A DNA stretch of 64,000 bases from assembly GCF_018350175.1 (NCBI RefSeq), contig NC_058368.1, forward strand, positions 208,136,001 through 208,200,000. Reading direction: 5' to 3'. Of the stretch, positions 12,796 through 24,900 are shown one piece after another. The notes beneath the pieces were generated by a model. It was not told the origin of the DNA. It did no database searches and was given only the letters and a program-made list of their open reading frames with translations. This DNA comes from Felis catus. Its lineage: Eukaryota. Each line of letters opens with the position of its first letter. Positions within the stretch are counted from its first letter, which is position 1. The translations under genes and the position numbers were made by a program.

Positions 12796-13344
12796 TATGG
12801 CCGTCTTAGGATACAGTCTAGCCATTGAGGAAAGCTGACATAGACCAAGCCACCCAACATTATTGGTAGCCCACAATGCTAAATGCTGTTAAGGACTGAG
12901 AGGGGGTGGTGAAATGATGAGGACCTCATTCCTGCTCCTACTCAGCTAACAAGTAAGCAACTCACTCCAGGCGGAATGAAAGGAGTATTAGAGGTTCTGG
13001 GGAAAGAGAAAGGTAGAATTCAGCTAGCCTTGACAGATAAAATAAAGAGCATTTCTGATTCAAGCAACAGCATGGGTTTTGGGGTGTGCCAGATAGACTT
13101 GTCTTCACAGATTGTGGGACATATGGTAGGGAGATGATGTTTGGCTCTTAGAAGGTTCTGTACCATGCTAAGGAGTCTCAATGTAAATAAGTCAATAAGC
13201 AGTAAAAGCAATTTATCCTTTACTTGGAATGTAATTCTGGAGATAGCATAGTGGGCTATAGTCTAAGCAAAAGGAATGGGGAATTAAATCAGGGTAGTTT
13301 GAGTGACAAATGTCAAGAGGGATGTTGTGTGTGGTAAGTATTGT

Positions 13345-13660
13345 GAAATGGTTCCCAGACCACTTTAAAGAATAAAGGTCTTATTATCCAAGTCACTGAG
13401 AATGCTGCCAACAGAGAGATCTCAGCCGTCAAGCCTCTTTATCCACAGTCATACCCTCTTCCTGAGATAGTTGGTGTCCAAGGACTGATTACTGCAGGGG
13501 TATAAGGGCACCACCTCTCACCACAGCTCTGAATGGTCATCCTAGCCTCAGAAGCCCCTGCACTGCAGTTGAACTTGTTTCTCTGCCTGGTCCGGCTTCC
13601 TTCCCTTCTCTTCAACAGGCCGGTGTCCTAAGAATACTCCCTAATAAACCTCCTGAGATT
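13345..13660 (+). mobile_element. ERVL solo LTR (LTR16-like)
   Basis: TATAAG at 13501 and ctccctAATAAAcctcctg at about 13637-13656, giving LTR architecture. Confidence 0.6.
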
Positions 13661-14998
13661 TATAAAGAGATGGTAATAATCTCTTAGAGTCTGAAGCCTG
13701 AGAAACAACCGGCTTCCAATGGCTGCAGAGTGCATTGTAGAAACAGTTGGGCATCTATGCAGGGATGTAGCCAGTAGAAGAAAAGGGGAAGTCAAAGAAG
13801 ACGACCAAACCAAAGTAGCTAGAAGGATGATGGTCTAAGACAGTATGATCTGTCCCCTGACAACTCTGAAAGGCCCCTTGACAACATCCCTTTTCTCTTC
13901 TTGATCCCTAAAATCTGCTCTTCACCTATAGGCTAGAGGGATCACATACAGAAGAAAATCAAAGTCCTGATCATACTCTTCTGGTCTCTCCATTCTCTAT
14001 GCTCCAGCCACCCTGGCCTCCTTACAGTTCTGGAACATGTCAGCCATCCCACCTGTTGGTTTCCAGATATTAGCGAGTCTCCATCTCTCATCTCATTTGT
14101 ATCTCTCTGCTCAAAACTCCTTCTCAGGCAGGCCTCCCCAGCTGCCCGCATGTAGAATAGCAACCTCTGTAATTTTCTACCGTTAAACCCACTCTATCTT
14201 TTCCAAAGTATGTATTTCAAGTTGACACTGAAGTGATATTATTACTTATTTGCTGATGTGTTCATTGTCTCTTTTTCTTTTTAGAATTAGGGCAAGAACG
14301 TCATGGTCTTCATTGTTATATCCCTGGTCAGGAACGTAATTAGTGCGTAAGTTCATGAAAATTAGGGACTTTTGGCAGAAAATATGAATTTCATTTGGAA
14401 TATGTGGAGTCTGAACAGCCTCTAGAATTTTAGAAGACAGTTACCCAGAGAAGAGGAAGTTCCTTCAGAGTGTCCAGTACCCTGTGAAGTGAATGGGGAG
14501 AATGAGCTACAACACCAGTTCCCAAGTTGCTCCAGAGAACATGTAGAGCATGCCTTTAGGCTGGGAAGGGCTTTGCATGGTGCTCCAGCAAAACCCAACT
14601 TGGTCAAAGCATCACCTACAGTGGCAACAAGCTGGAGGTGAGATCCCAGCAAAGCTCCTAAAACTAGAAGTGGCAAAGGTTTACTGGGCAGCACTCATAG
14701 TGGAACAGAGTCCAGGAATCAGAGTGTGGATTTTAGAGCCAGTCTGTGGTGGTTTGAACTGCACTGTTGTCGATACCTGGCCTCCTTTGTAATTGGGGAT
14801 GCAAATTCACAGGGTTGCAGTGGGTGCATGAGTCAGTACATAGCACCTGGCACACTGCAAGTGCTCGATAAATGTTTATTGCTATTATCTGCCAACTAAA
14901 TATTCTAAACCCTGCTCTTAGCTCATGTCTTCAAAATCATTATAACAACTTTGCAATTAGACTGGTATTTTCAAATCTTTGTTGTTTTACCTAAAACA

Positions 14999-15206
14999 TT
15001 TTTTTAATGTTTATTTATTTTTGAGATGGCGAGAGAGAGTGTGGATGGGGAAGGGGCAGAGGGAGAGGGAGACACAGAATCTGAAGCAGGCTCCAGGCTC
15101 CCAGCTGAGCTGCCAGCACAGAGCCCGACGCGGGGCTCGAACTCACGAACCAGGAGATCATCAGACGAAGTCAGACGCTTAACTGACTGAGCCACCCAGG
15201 CGCCTC
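14999..15206 (-). mobile_element. Can-SINE
   Basis: Reverse SINE body and poly-T. Confidence 0.92.
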
Positions 15207-17082
15207 TATTTTACTTCTTTGATCTTTGGTTTGTTTGTTCATCTGTAAAGTGGGACTAATCCCTATAACACAAAGAAAGTGCCCAGCGCTGGGACTGTTG
15301 GTAGTTCTTAATTGGTTAGTTACCAATTAATATTAACCTCCCAGTCTGAAGGTCACACGTACAACTGTCTCTCTTTCCTAGAGTTAAGAAAAAAATCTAG
15401 CAAACTTAGATTCATTGGCGTAGTCCGGGTTAGGCCTACGTAGGTGGGTAGGATGAGATTCCATGAGCTCTTGACTTTGAACTGCATCTAGGGAGTGGTA
15501 AAGTTTCTGTCTGCTGTTTGAGCGTAAGACTGTGCTGAAACAGAATAGTCAGAAACCCCAGATTTCTTGGGTTTGTCATGGAAAAGGTTCTCAGAGCTGC
15601 TACCTTTTCCTTTGAGAGTCCTCAGTTACCTCAAGTTCCGGCAAGCAAATCATCAACAGAAATGTCCCTGTTGACCAGAGCTACCGTAGTGATGGCCACT
15701 TTTGTTTCCAATAGGAGACCCAGGCGGTGTACCAGATTAGGAATCTGAAGGAAACCCCAGGGACGTTGCCGTTATTGAAATTAATTATTTAACGGACTCA
15801 TTATTTTTCAATTGTGTTAGAGACCTTGAATTAAGTCTGTTGGCAAACGTGTAACCATTGAAAATTCTTCACAGTCAGAAACTGGAAACGAAAACTTTCT
15901 TTTGGTTTTAGATTTTTGGTCTTGTGCAGACCATTGAAGTCTGTGGATTAAGTGCATTAGTTAGAATAATATATTCAAGGATTTAAGGAATTTGGGTCCA
16001 ATTTCGAACCACTCCACTACCTCTGGCTTGACCTCAGCTCAATTCCTTAATCTTTTGGCTTCGTGCTCCATCTGTGCGAGAGGCCTCTGGCAACCCACTG
16101 AGTGCAGTAGCTGTAGGAATAAATTAAATAATGGGCTTAATATCACCATTGAGAATGGAGTAAATTGCTCTTTTGTGGCATCCATTAGCTCAACTGAGAA
16201 TATCAGCACAGGATTCTGGGACTATGATGGACTAGACGGGATAAGGTAGCATCAGTGTTAATGTCTTGTTTTGCCTCGAATGACTCTAGACAACAGATAC
16301 AGAATACAGAGAAGAAAGAGAGAAACAGGGACAGAGGAGAGGGTTTGGAGAGGAAGAAGGAAGAGAGAAAAGGTGAAGGGATGGAGGGCCATAAGGTAGG
16401 ATGTGAGGCATGAGTGTAGAGGTTATGCAGGAAAAGAGAAGACCAGCGAGGCAGGGAGGGGAAAAAGCTTACGGAGAGGACGCGCTTTACCCAGTAAGGA
16501 TAGCAAGGTTTTATAACCACCTCACAACCACACTTAGTCCCAAAGCAGGCTCTCACATCTGCTTTGATAGATTTAGGAGGGATAGCAGAAATTGTAATAA
16601 TGAGAATATCCCCAGCTAACATTTATCACTTACCCTGTGCCAGGCACATGCATAATGCATTCTTCCAAAAGGGACTCGAGGCTGTTTGCAATACAAGACA
16701 AACTACAAGAAGGGAGGGAAAACTGTATGTGCACACGTTGGCTGAGGGAAATTTTAGCAAAAGTAACACAGCGGTGAGTGGTTTTATAGGAATTAACTCA
16801 TTTATTCTCTCCACCACCCAATGAGGTAGGTACGTTTAATAACCCCTTGCTATAAAGAAGGAAACTGGGAAAACCAAGGTTTTGATATTACGTCCTTGGC
16901 TTGCCTTCAAAGGACAGTCTAAAAAAAATAATAACCCTGTGGGCGTCTTGCTACTTACTTTCAACAATAGCAATTTCAAAGCTATTCACCAGGAAAAAAA
17001 AATATATTAGCTCTGCTTGCCACCAAAAGATGGCCAAAAATTATGTTGTGTAGTGTCCTTCTTAACTTAGGTCTTTTGAAAA

Positions 17083-17292
17083 GTTTATTTATTTATTTTG
17101 AGAGAGACAGAGACAGTGTGAGTGGGGGAGAGGCAGAGAGAGAGGGAGGGAGAGAGAATCTCAAGCAGGCTCCATGTTGCCAGCACAGATCCTGATGCCC
17201 AACGTGGGGCTGGAACTCATGAACTGTGAGATCGTGACCTGACCCGAAATCAAGAGTCGGACATGTAACTGACTGAGCCACCCAGGCACCTC
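17083..17292 (-). mobile_element. Can-SINE (older subfamily, aatcaagagtcgg type)
   Basis: Reverse SINE body. Confidence 0.9.
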
Positions 17293-19039
17293 TCTTAACT
17301 TTCGAGTATCCCTTATATAAAGACTCTTAAATTCCTCTCAGAACTTGGGCCAGGAGAGACTTTCTCCTAAATAAACTGTGTGATTCTTTCTACTTGACAA
17401 TGGGAGTTATGAAAATCTTCATTTCCCCTATTTCACTTGGCTATGAGGAAGCTTGGAGCTAAGTTTTGTGCTCAAATGCTATTTGTCTCAGCCAGAGTTT
17501 TTTTGACTTGTCCTTTTTAATATTTGTCTTTCACTGTAAACCACCTTAAGTCTCTTTGGAAGAAGGCACAGTATAAATAAACAAAAGACAAACAAAATGT
17601 AATCCTGTTGGGGTTATGCTAGGGATATAATAATTTACCGAAATAGTTTCCATAACACCCCTGAAATCTTTTTATCTGAGAGGGAATATTCTACACGGTA
17701 TCCTGGGCAGACACTATCTTTCATGGTGTTTATCGCATTTTTCATGCCCCTCAAATAGCATTCCAGACCACTTTGGGTAAGGAACATGACATCTAGAGAA
17801 AATTAGCTGATTGCTCTCATATGTCTTCTTGTTACAGGGATCTAATTAAAGTTTTGAATCTTGTCCAAAACTGTGCTCTAAAATAACCCAATTTAAATCT
17901 ACATTTATCAGTCAGGCTTAAAACAAAGAACAGTTTCGTTCACCCCACCTATTCACTGGTTAATCACTACACTTAATTTGTAGATTTTTATTCAGTTCCA
18001 AAATTTCTTTCAGAAACAAAGCCAGTTCTCATCCCCTCGATTGATAAACACTATGCATGTTAGATCACACATCCCAAGAGGCCAGCTTAAGGGCCAAGAT
18101 GGAAGTAATTTAATAACAAAACCTTATCTTCTCAAGGTTGCTTCTTCTGTGGGTGATCGACCCTTTCAGAGAACAAAGCCTTTCATTTCCAGAACTTACA
18201 TTATAGGTATGAGTACGATTTTTGTTTCACTTAGAGATTATTTTATATTTTAAGCATTTCAAATGAAATCTTGTTTATAAAAAAAAAAAGAAAGAAAGAA
18301 AAAAGAAACATAAAACAGAAAAGCAGGGAGAACGGCCAAGAATTTGAAAGAAGAATGCAAATCTTGGGCACAAAATAACTAAGAAGCTAAATTCTGCTGT
18401 CCAGCAAGAAGTTAAAGTTTAACAATTCGCTGCTTCATTCCATTTTATTTTAGCTTATAATATAACCTACCCTTTTACTTCCAATTACGTGATCTTTTCT
18501 ATTTCATTCTTGCTGTTTAACGAGCATTTAATGGGAACTATGTGTCAGGCTCTTCATATTATAAGACCTAAGCATCAAAAGAAACAAATTCTTGTTCTGA
18601 TATTTCTTTTGCAACAGCTCATGAAATTGTAAAAAAAGTAAATACTCGATAAAGCAATATTTACAAATTGACTAGCCTGTGACACTTGAGTGAAATCCAT
18701 GGCCCTTGAAATTAAGCTGAGATTCCTAGGAGAATCCACAATGGTTAGTACACTTTTTACACAATAGTTAAGAAAAATTTACTCCTATCAGCGCAGATGA
18801 CAGGACCATATCAAGTGCTGCAAACTGAATTATGGCCTCGTCATAATCGGGATATTACCAACGTATTTTTAAAGCCACTTCTTTGTATGGAAATATAAAA
18901 TCCGTGATTTCTTGGGAGAAGTGTGAACACCCCCCCCTCTTCAAACCAGACCTGGGTATGGGGTGAGCACGATGGTGGCCTTTAGGAGCTACCGCAAGTT
19001 CCTAAGTTTCCTGACCTATGAACTGGGTAGAGGGCATAC

Positions 19040-19865
19040 ATCAGAGGCAGTTTTCTGTGGAGCTAACTAAAGCTACGCTTCAAGGCATCTTTTCCAGGCC
19101 CCCCTTCATGGCCCTGGAAGGAGTCCTAGCAATAATACATTCACGCGGTTGTGTGTTTTTGTACAGTTGGCAAAAGTAAGCTCTTTTAACCACAATCAGC
19201 TGGGATTGAGGTCCTTTTGCACGTGGATTTTCCCTCTGTCACTTTCCCTTGTGTTGGATGTTGCTAGAGCAGTATGAGTAGGCTGCATTTGGTTTTTACT
19301 TTAAGAGGACTAACCCAATTAATTGCATAAAGTTCGGGCCTCACAAAAAAACTGCATCAATGCCTAGGTACAATAACAATACCTATATTACATGTGCATC
19401 ATGATGCTTAAATGAGTAATGGACAGATCCGGGTACATGGTATATACCCAATGGATGCTAGGCTAGGCATTATCCCCCCAAATGTTTTCTTCTCTCTCTC
19501 TCTTTCTTTGTTCCTTTCTATCTGGAAAACAAAGTTCCAGAAGTTAGCATTTTATGTGCTTAAAACTGCAAATATTTTTCATGAAAAGGAACTTTTCAAT
19601 CCTAGGTAACAGGACCACATGATTTTGGGGGCCCTAGGCACTTTTGCCTCTGTTGAATCCCCTCCTCCATTAAAAAATAATAAATAAAAATTAAAAAATA
19701 TACTTTAACATTGTATTAGTGTAATGACAAATATTTTAATGTATATTAAAACACTCTCTTAGACCTTAATGTTAACTTTTTTCCTTCTGATTTGAAATGA
19801 GACCATTGACGTGGGCCCCTAAAGCTATTATGGGCCCTAGGCACTGTGCCTAATGGAAAAGCCAG
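19040..19865. mobile_element. hAT-Tip100-like DNA transposon relics (probably two)
   Basis: GGGCCCTAGGCACT occurs twice (about 19629 and 19832), with ggcccc-rich subterminal motifs. The family call is from memory. Confidence 0.45.
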
Positions 19866-20341
19866 TTATAGGCTTCTCCAATATAAATAATAACTTTCTC
19901 TAACCATCATGGACTCCAGAATGGGGGTAAGCAAAAGGCAATGTTGTATATCTTAAACCGAGCTTCAGGTACACAGAGAAGAACCATGTTTTCCAAACAA
20001 GATCTTAAGGACAATAGGAAGCATTTAGCTTTGGTGTTGCAAATATGCACGTGGAAAAAAAATAAAATACTCACATGGATGGAGTTGGCTCTTAGGAACT
20101 AGCAGGGACCATGTCTTACTGTGAAACACATTTTTTGTCTCTGAAGCTTACTTTTCAGTTAACATTCTTGCAGGTGTTTGGTTGCCTGTTTTAGTCACAT
20201 TATCAACAGTGAAACGTTCTTTCAGAAAATAAGCTTCATTTTGCCAGTTTAGAATTTCACCCAAAGGTCTCTAGAAAACACACTGGTTTTGGTGCTGGTG
20301 CATCAAATAATCACAAATGAAACAAACAAGCTGGCTTCCTA

Positions 20342-20405
20342 TCAAAGGTGTGTCTGCAGAGCCCTGTGACTCTGCGTGCCAGGGGCTCTATCTGGCACAT
20401 TTCTT
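20342..20405 (+). ncRNA. Candidate pre-miRNA-like hairpin resembling human mir-3650
   Basis: AAGGTGTGTCTGCAGAGCCCTG-loop-CAGGGGCTCTATCTGGCACATTTC folds into a ~60 nt stem-loop. It resembles hsa-mir-3650 as recalled, at the equivalent position about 1 kb upstream of LIFR exon 1. Confidence 0.45.
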
Positions 20406-20689
20406 AACTTTGCAAAATTAATCGTGCCAAAGAGAACATCATCAAACGCGTCCGGCATAGAGTGTAAACATCTTCAAACCATGATTCTGCGCCATCAAGC
20501 GCTCTCCAGCTAATTTCATTTGGTGCATTACTCTGGAAGAAAATCGAGGCCAAGTGAAACTGCGGAAATGGGAACAATGCAAGGAGGAAAAAATCTCACC
20601 CCATTAAGGGATCCGTTTCTTCTTTGCACAAATAAACCCACCACGCCTTGGAGGCAAGACTAGATGGCTCCAGGATATTATCAGAATGC

Positions 20690-21890
20690 CCCGCGGGCCC
20701 TCTCGGACTGAGGGAGCCCTGCACTACAGAGGAGGAAGGTGGCTGGAGCCGCAGGGCCCCAGCCCTGGGCGCCTTTTAGGTAACTCCTATAATCTAAGCA
20801 ATCGCTCCTCCTCCCCTCCCCCCCGCCACCCTCGCGGAGGCACAGAAGCCGGTTTTCGTGTGTTTTCACACGGGAGGCTAAAGCACGGCCCCACATTTTC
20901 CAGTCCTCAACGCAACGTTAGCAAGGCGCACTGACAGCGTTTCGGGAGCCACTCTCCTTCCCGCAGGGCCGCCGCACGCTCAGCCGGCCTTCTGTGGGGA
21001 TTTGCACGGCCCCGTCCGCTTCGCTCTCCCTGGCTCCTCCATGACCTTCCGAGATTGGCCTCGGGACAGGACTCTCCGCGGAAGCACCACCCTCGGCGCT
21101 CCGACCCCGCGCGCGGCCGCGCTCCTGCGACTCCCAGAGGCGGCCCCTCGGGCGAGGGCTGGACGCGCGCGGCCGGGCCAGGGGGCGGGGACGGCGGGGG
21201 CGCGCGGGCGGTTTCCGGCGGGGGCGCGCGGGGCGCGGGCGGCGGGGCGGGGCGGGACTGGGGGCGGGGCCGGGACAGCAGCGCCCCCCGCCGAGCGGCG
21301 TGCAGGCACCGCCCCCGCGCGCCGCAGTCCGGGCTGAAGCGTCTCGGCCGTGGCCGTGGCCGTTAGCGTTGCCTCCTGGAGGCTCTGGCGGCGGCGGCGA
21401 CTCCCAGGGCTCGCCGAGGGCAGCCGGCCGCCCCCAGCTCGTGGCCGCCTCGAGCAGCCCGGCGCTGGGACTGGGGAGGCGAGGCGGCGGCGGCGGGTTG
21501 TGCCCGGCCCCCCTCCTCCTCGCCTCCGGTCCCCGGGCGACTGCGGACTCCGGGCAGCCCCCGGGCGGCGGCCGAGCGGACGGCGGGGGATGGCGAGATA
21601 GCGGCGCGGGAGCGGCCCGTGAGTGCCGGAGGCGGGTGGGCGCGGCGCGAGGCGTGGGGAAGCGCGAGCCACGGTGCCCGGTGCCCGGTGCCGTGGGCGC
21701 GTCGCCGCGAGCTCCTGGCGGCTCGGGCGGGGTGGGGGGCAGCGCTCCGGCCGGCTCCGGTCTGGGGGCGTCCGCGAGGACTGACACCGGGGTGGGGGGA
21801 ATGCTCCGGGTCGTGCTCCGGCTCCCTCGGGCCACCCCGCGTCCGGGAGGGCGCCCACTCCCTGGCCGCGAAATTCTGCCCCACGTAGGG
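20690..21890. promoter_or_regulatory. CpG-island promoter of LIFR (no TATA box evident; many GC boxes)
   Basis: About 1.2 kb of very high GC and CpG density with repeated GGGGCGGGG Sp1/KLF boxes at 21181-21270, lying 24 kb upstream of the first coding exon. Confidence 0.92.
21340..21618 (+). other. LIFR: LIFR non-coding exon 1 (5' UTR); start approximate
   Basis: Splice donor CCC|GTGAGT at 21618/21619 inside the CpG island, downstream of the GC-box cluster. The TSS is inferred, not observed. Confidence 0.65.
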
Positions 21891-24444
21891 CAGTAAGTTC
21901 TGAGACCAGAGGCTACCTGGGGGATGGGAAGGAGCTTTAATTTTTATTTTCCTTTGGAGATGTAACCAGCCGGGTGATTGCGTGACCCCGTGCCTCGACT
22001 CTTCATTAAACAGTTCTTTCTCTCTTCCTCCCTTATTTATGAGTGTATTTAATTTACCTGTACTTTTTATGTGCTTCTGTCCGAAGGCGCTAACCTCGAT
22101 AAAGCCAAAGTTGAAGTGTTAGCGATCAAAGTGAGGCTTCTTGCACGATGCCACTTTTGATGGGTTGTCTGAAAGGAAGGAGCTGGAGTCTTGAGTTCTG
22201 ACCCCTACAGAAAACTCTGCATGTCAGGTGGTTGTGCATTAACTTCAGGGCTTGAATAATGGGGATTCTGGTGCCCACCTTCGGCTACCAAAAAACAAAC
22301 TCAGCAGCATATGAGGTCTTTACTCTCCGTTGGGTATCTTTGTGTTCCTTTTTGTATGAGTGTGTTTAATGCAGTCAAATATTGATAGAACGGGTGTGCA
22401 TTTTTTTGAGTGACATTTGTGTGAAAATGAATTCTTTGCATTTGTTTTTATGTGTCCTTTTAACTTACATTTTTCAACAAAAAGGTTTCAGTTTAAGGTT
22501 TGCCTTCCCATTGTTCGTTTTCAGTTTCAGATTTCTCTTTAATTAAAAAAAGTTTTGGTTGGAGTAAAAGTCATGTGACCTAGTAGTATCATTTAGTCAG
22601 GGGTCCACAAATGAATCCTAAATTAAAGCCCATTACCATCCGCTGCAAATGAAAAATTAAAGCGTTTGTATACTGAATATGATGGTTGCCCCTCCCCCTA
22701 AAATTATTTTGCTGCAGATCTGAAATCATATTTCACCAAAATCGGAGGGTTCCTTGTCTAAACAAGCCTGGCAGAGGAAAGGAAACCTAAGTGTAGTAGT
22801 TAGTGTGTTCTCAAAAACTAGGGACTCTCCCCTCTTTTTTGACATTGACGTCCTGTTTTATTGCCAGGTGGAAACTGTGTTAATTTGGAGACTTCATTAG
22901 GTAATTACAAGCTCCATTTAAATACGAGGTATGTTTTCAAGGTGAACCTAGGCAGCTCTTTCCCTTCCAAGAATTGAACTGAGGCTTATTTGCTTTGTAA
23001 TAGGTGAGATCACAAGCGAGCCTCTCTTAATTAGTGGAGACTTGGATTCTCTTCTGGGAATTAAGGATCAGGAACTCTGCTGTCGAATGGAACAACTTTT
23101 GTGATTTTTGAAAGCCTGTACTCTTAATGGGTCTTCTTGAATAATATGTTGGTAACCATATACGCTATTTTGATATTGAAATGTATTGTATTAATTTGTG
23201 GGACGGGCAGTTTGTGCACACTGGAGGAGATCAAATAGATATGAAGAGCTCTGGAGTGGAAAGTCCATCTTTCTCCCTTCTCTGCAGCAAGTACCCTGGT
23301 CTCCCCAGGAATCAGGGTTCCTAGTTCCTTACATATATCTTTCCAGATATACCTTATGCTAGTATTAACGTTTTGTATGTTTCTTTTTATTTGTCTTTCC
23401 GCAAACGAGGTCACTTTGTATATGCTGTTCTGCACCAGCTCCCCGCCCTTCCCTTAGAGTACTAAATCTTGGCAGTCTATCAGTACTTAAGAGAGCTGGC
23501 TCATTCTCTGGGAGCCGCTGAGAGTACTCCAATAAGGATGAACCATAATTTATTTAACCTCTTTTTTTTTTAATTGAGGTATGTGTAGGTTGTTTCTAAC
23601 ATTTTGTTATAAAATTATTGTAAAACTTGTGTTTTTAAAGTTTTTGAGTGGGTTTCACTTATTCCCAAAGGCAGTAGTAACATACGTCTCTGTAGCACAT
23701 TCCAGGAAATAAATGCCCCTTCTCTCCAATATACACTTTTTGCTTTTGTATAATTTCACAGTGACCCGTAAAGATCTTTGGTGTCTTTGTGATGAAGCCT
23801 GAGCCATGATGGCCAGTAAACTAAGGTCATATACCTTGATGAACACCTTACCTCTTTGTTTCAAGAAAAGAAAGAAAAGAACAGATACAAATTTTTAAGA
23901 ATAATCTGTAGGAAAAACTCATAAGAGATTAAATATTTTTGAACTTGGAGAAGAGGCTTGTACCTTTGATTAAGTTGAAGATGAAGGCAGTTTTTGTTTC
24001 ATGAGACTTGTTTACCATTAGGCACTGAAATACCTGCCTTCTGTAGATTATCACCAGTATCTCATACTTTCATGCTGTTATAATATGGTTATAATTTGTA
24101 CAGTTTGGGAGGTTAGAAGTAACTCTTAAGGGGAGGTATGCTTTTAGAAAATATTTGGCTCTTTAAAAATTGACATCTCAGTGCTTTTAAAACGAATCGT
24201 AGAAACAGTACTAATCCTAGAAATTGAGCCTAATACATCATAACATTTGAGTATTAGCCAATGTTGAGTTTTACATGTTTATTACATTTATTTTTGGAGA
24301 GTGTTTTTAAGATGAGGGTAAGCTATACTTTTTTTTTAACCTATCAAACAACTTAGTGTTTAAGATGTTTTCTTTTTCCTTATTATTTGGCACCTGTCAT
24401 TGTAGTACAAAACTGCTAATATTGTCTATATTTGCTCTTCTTAA

Positions 24445-24900
24445 ATAAGCATACATTGAGCATCTGTTACATTCCAGGCACCCTTATAGGGACTGCGAAT
24501 ATAGCACTGCACAGGGCAGGCAGACCCCACTTTTAATGAGTTCACAAATTACTGGGGGAGATGGATAAAAAGCAGAGAAGCAGTAAAGGAAATGATACCA
24601 AGTAGTGATAAGTACTGGGAAAGTAATGAGTCACTGTGGTAAAGACAGGATGGGGGCTGCTGTTTTAGATTGAGTGTTCCTGGAACTTTCTCTCAGGTAG
24701 AGAGATTTGAGCAGAGCTGAATGAGGCAAGGAGTCTGTGTGTTTGGAGGTCTGGAGGAAGAGTGGCTCAGGCAGAGGGAACCGCAGGTGCAAAGGCCCTC
24801 CGGTGAGGCTGGGCCTGTCTTACCAGAGGAGCAGAGGGCTGCCTCTGTGGCTGGGGTCTGTGATGGAGAGCAGATGGGGAGAGTGCCGGGCCGGGGAGAA
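24445..24900 (-). mobile_element. L2 relic
   Basis: attgagcatctgttacattccaggcac... L2-like motif series. Confidence 0.55.

Noticed and set aside
20918..21896. Long overlapping ORFs (305, 292, 198 and 173 aa) on both strands
   Set aside because: Pro/Arg/Gly/Ala low-complexity translations produced by stop-codon depletion in the CpG island; no domain similarity.
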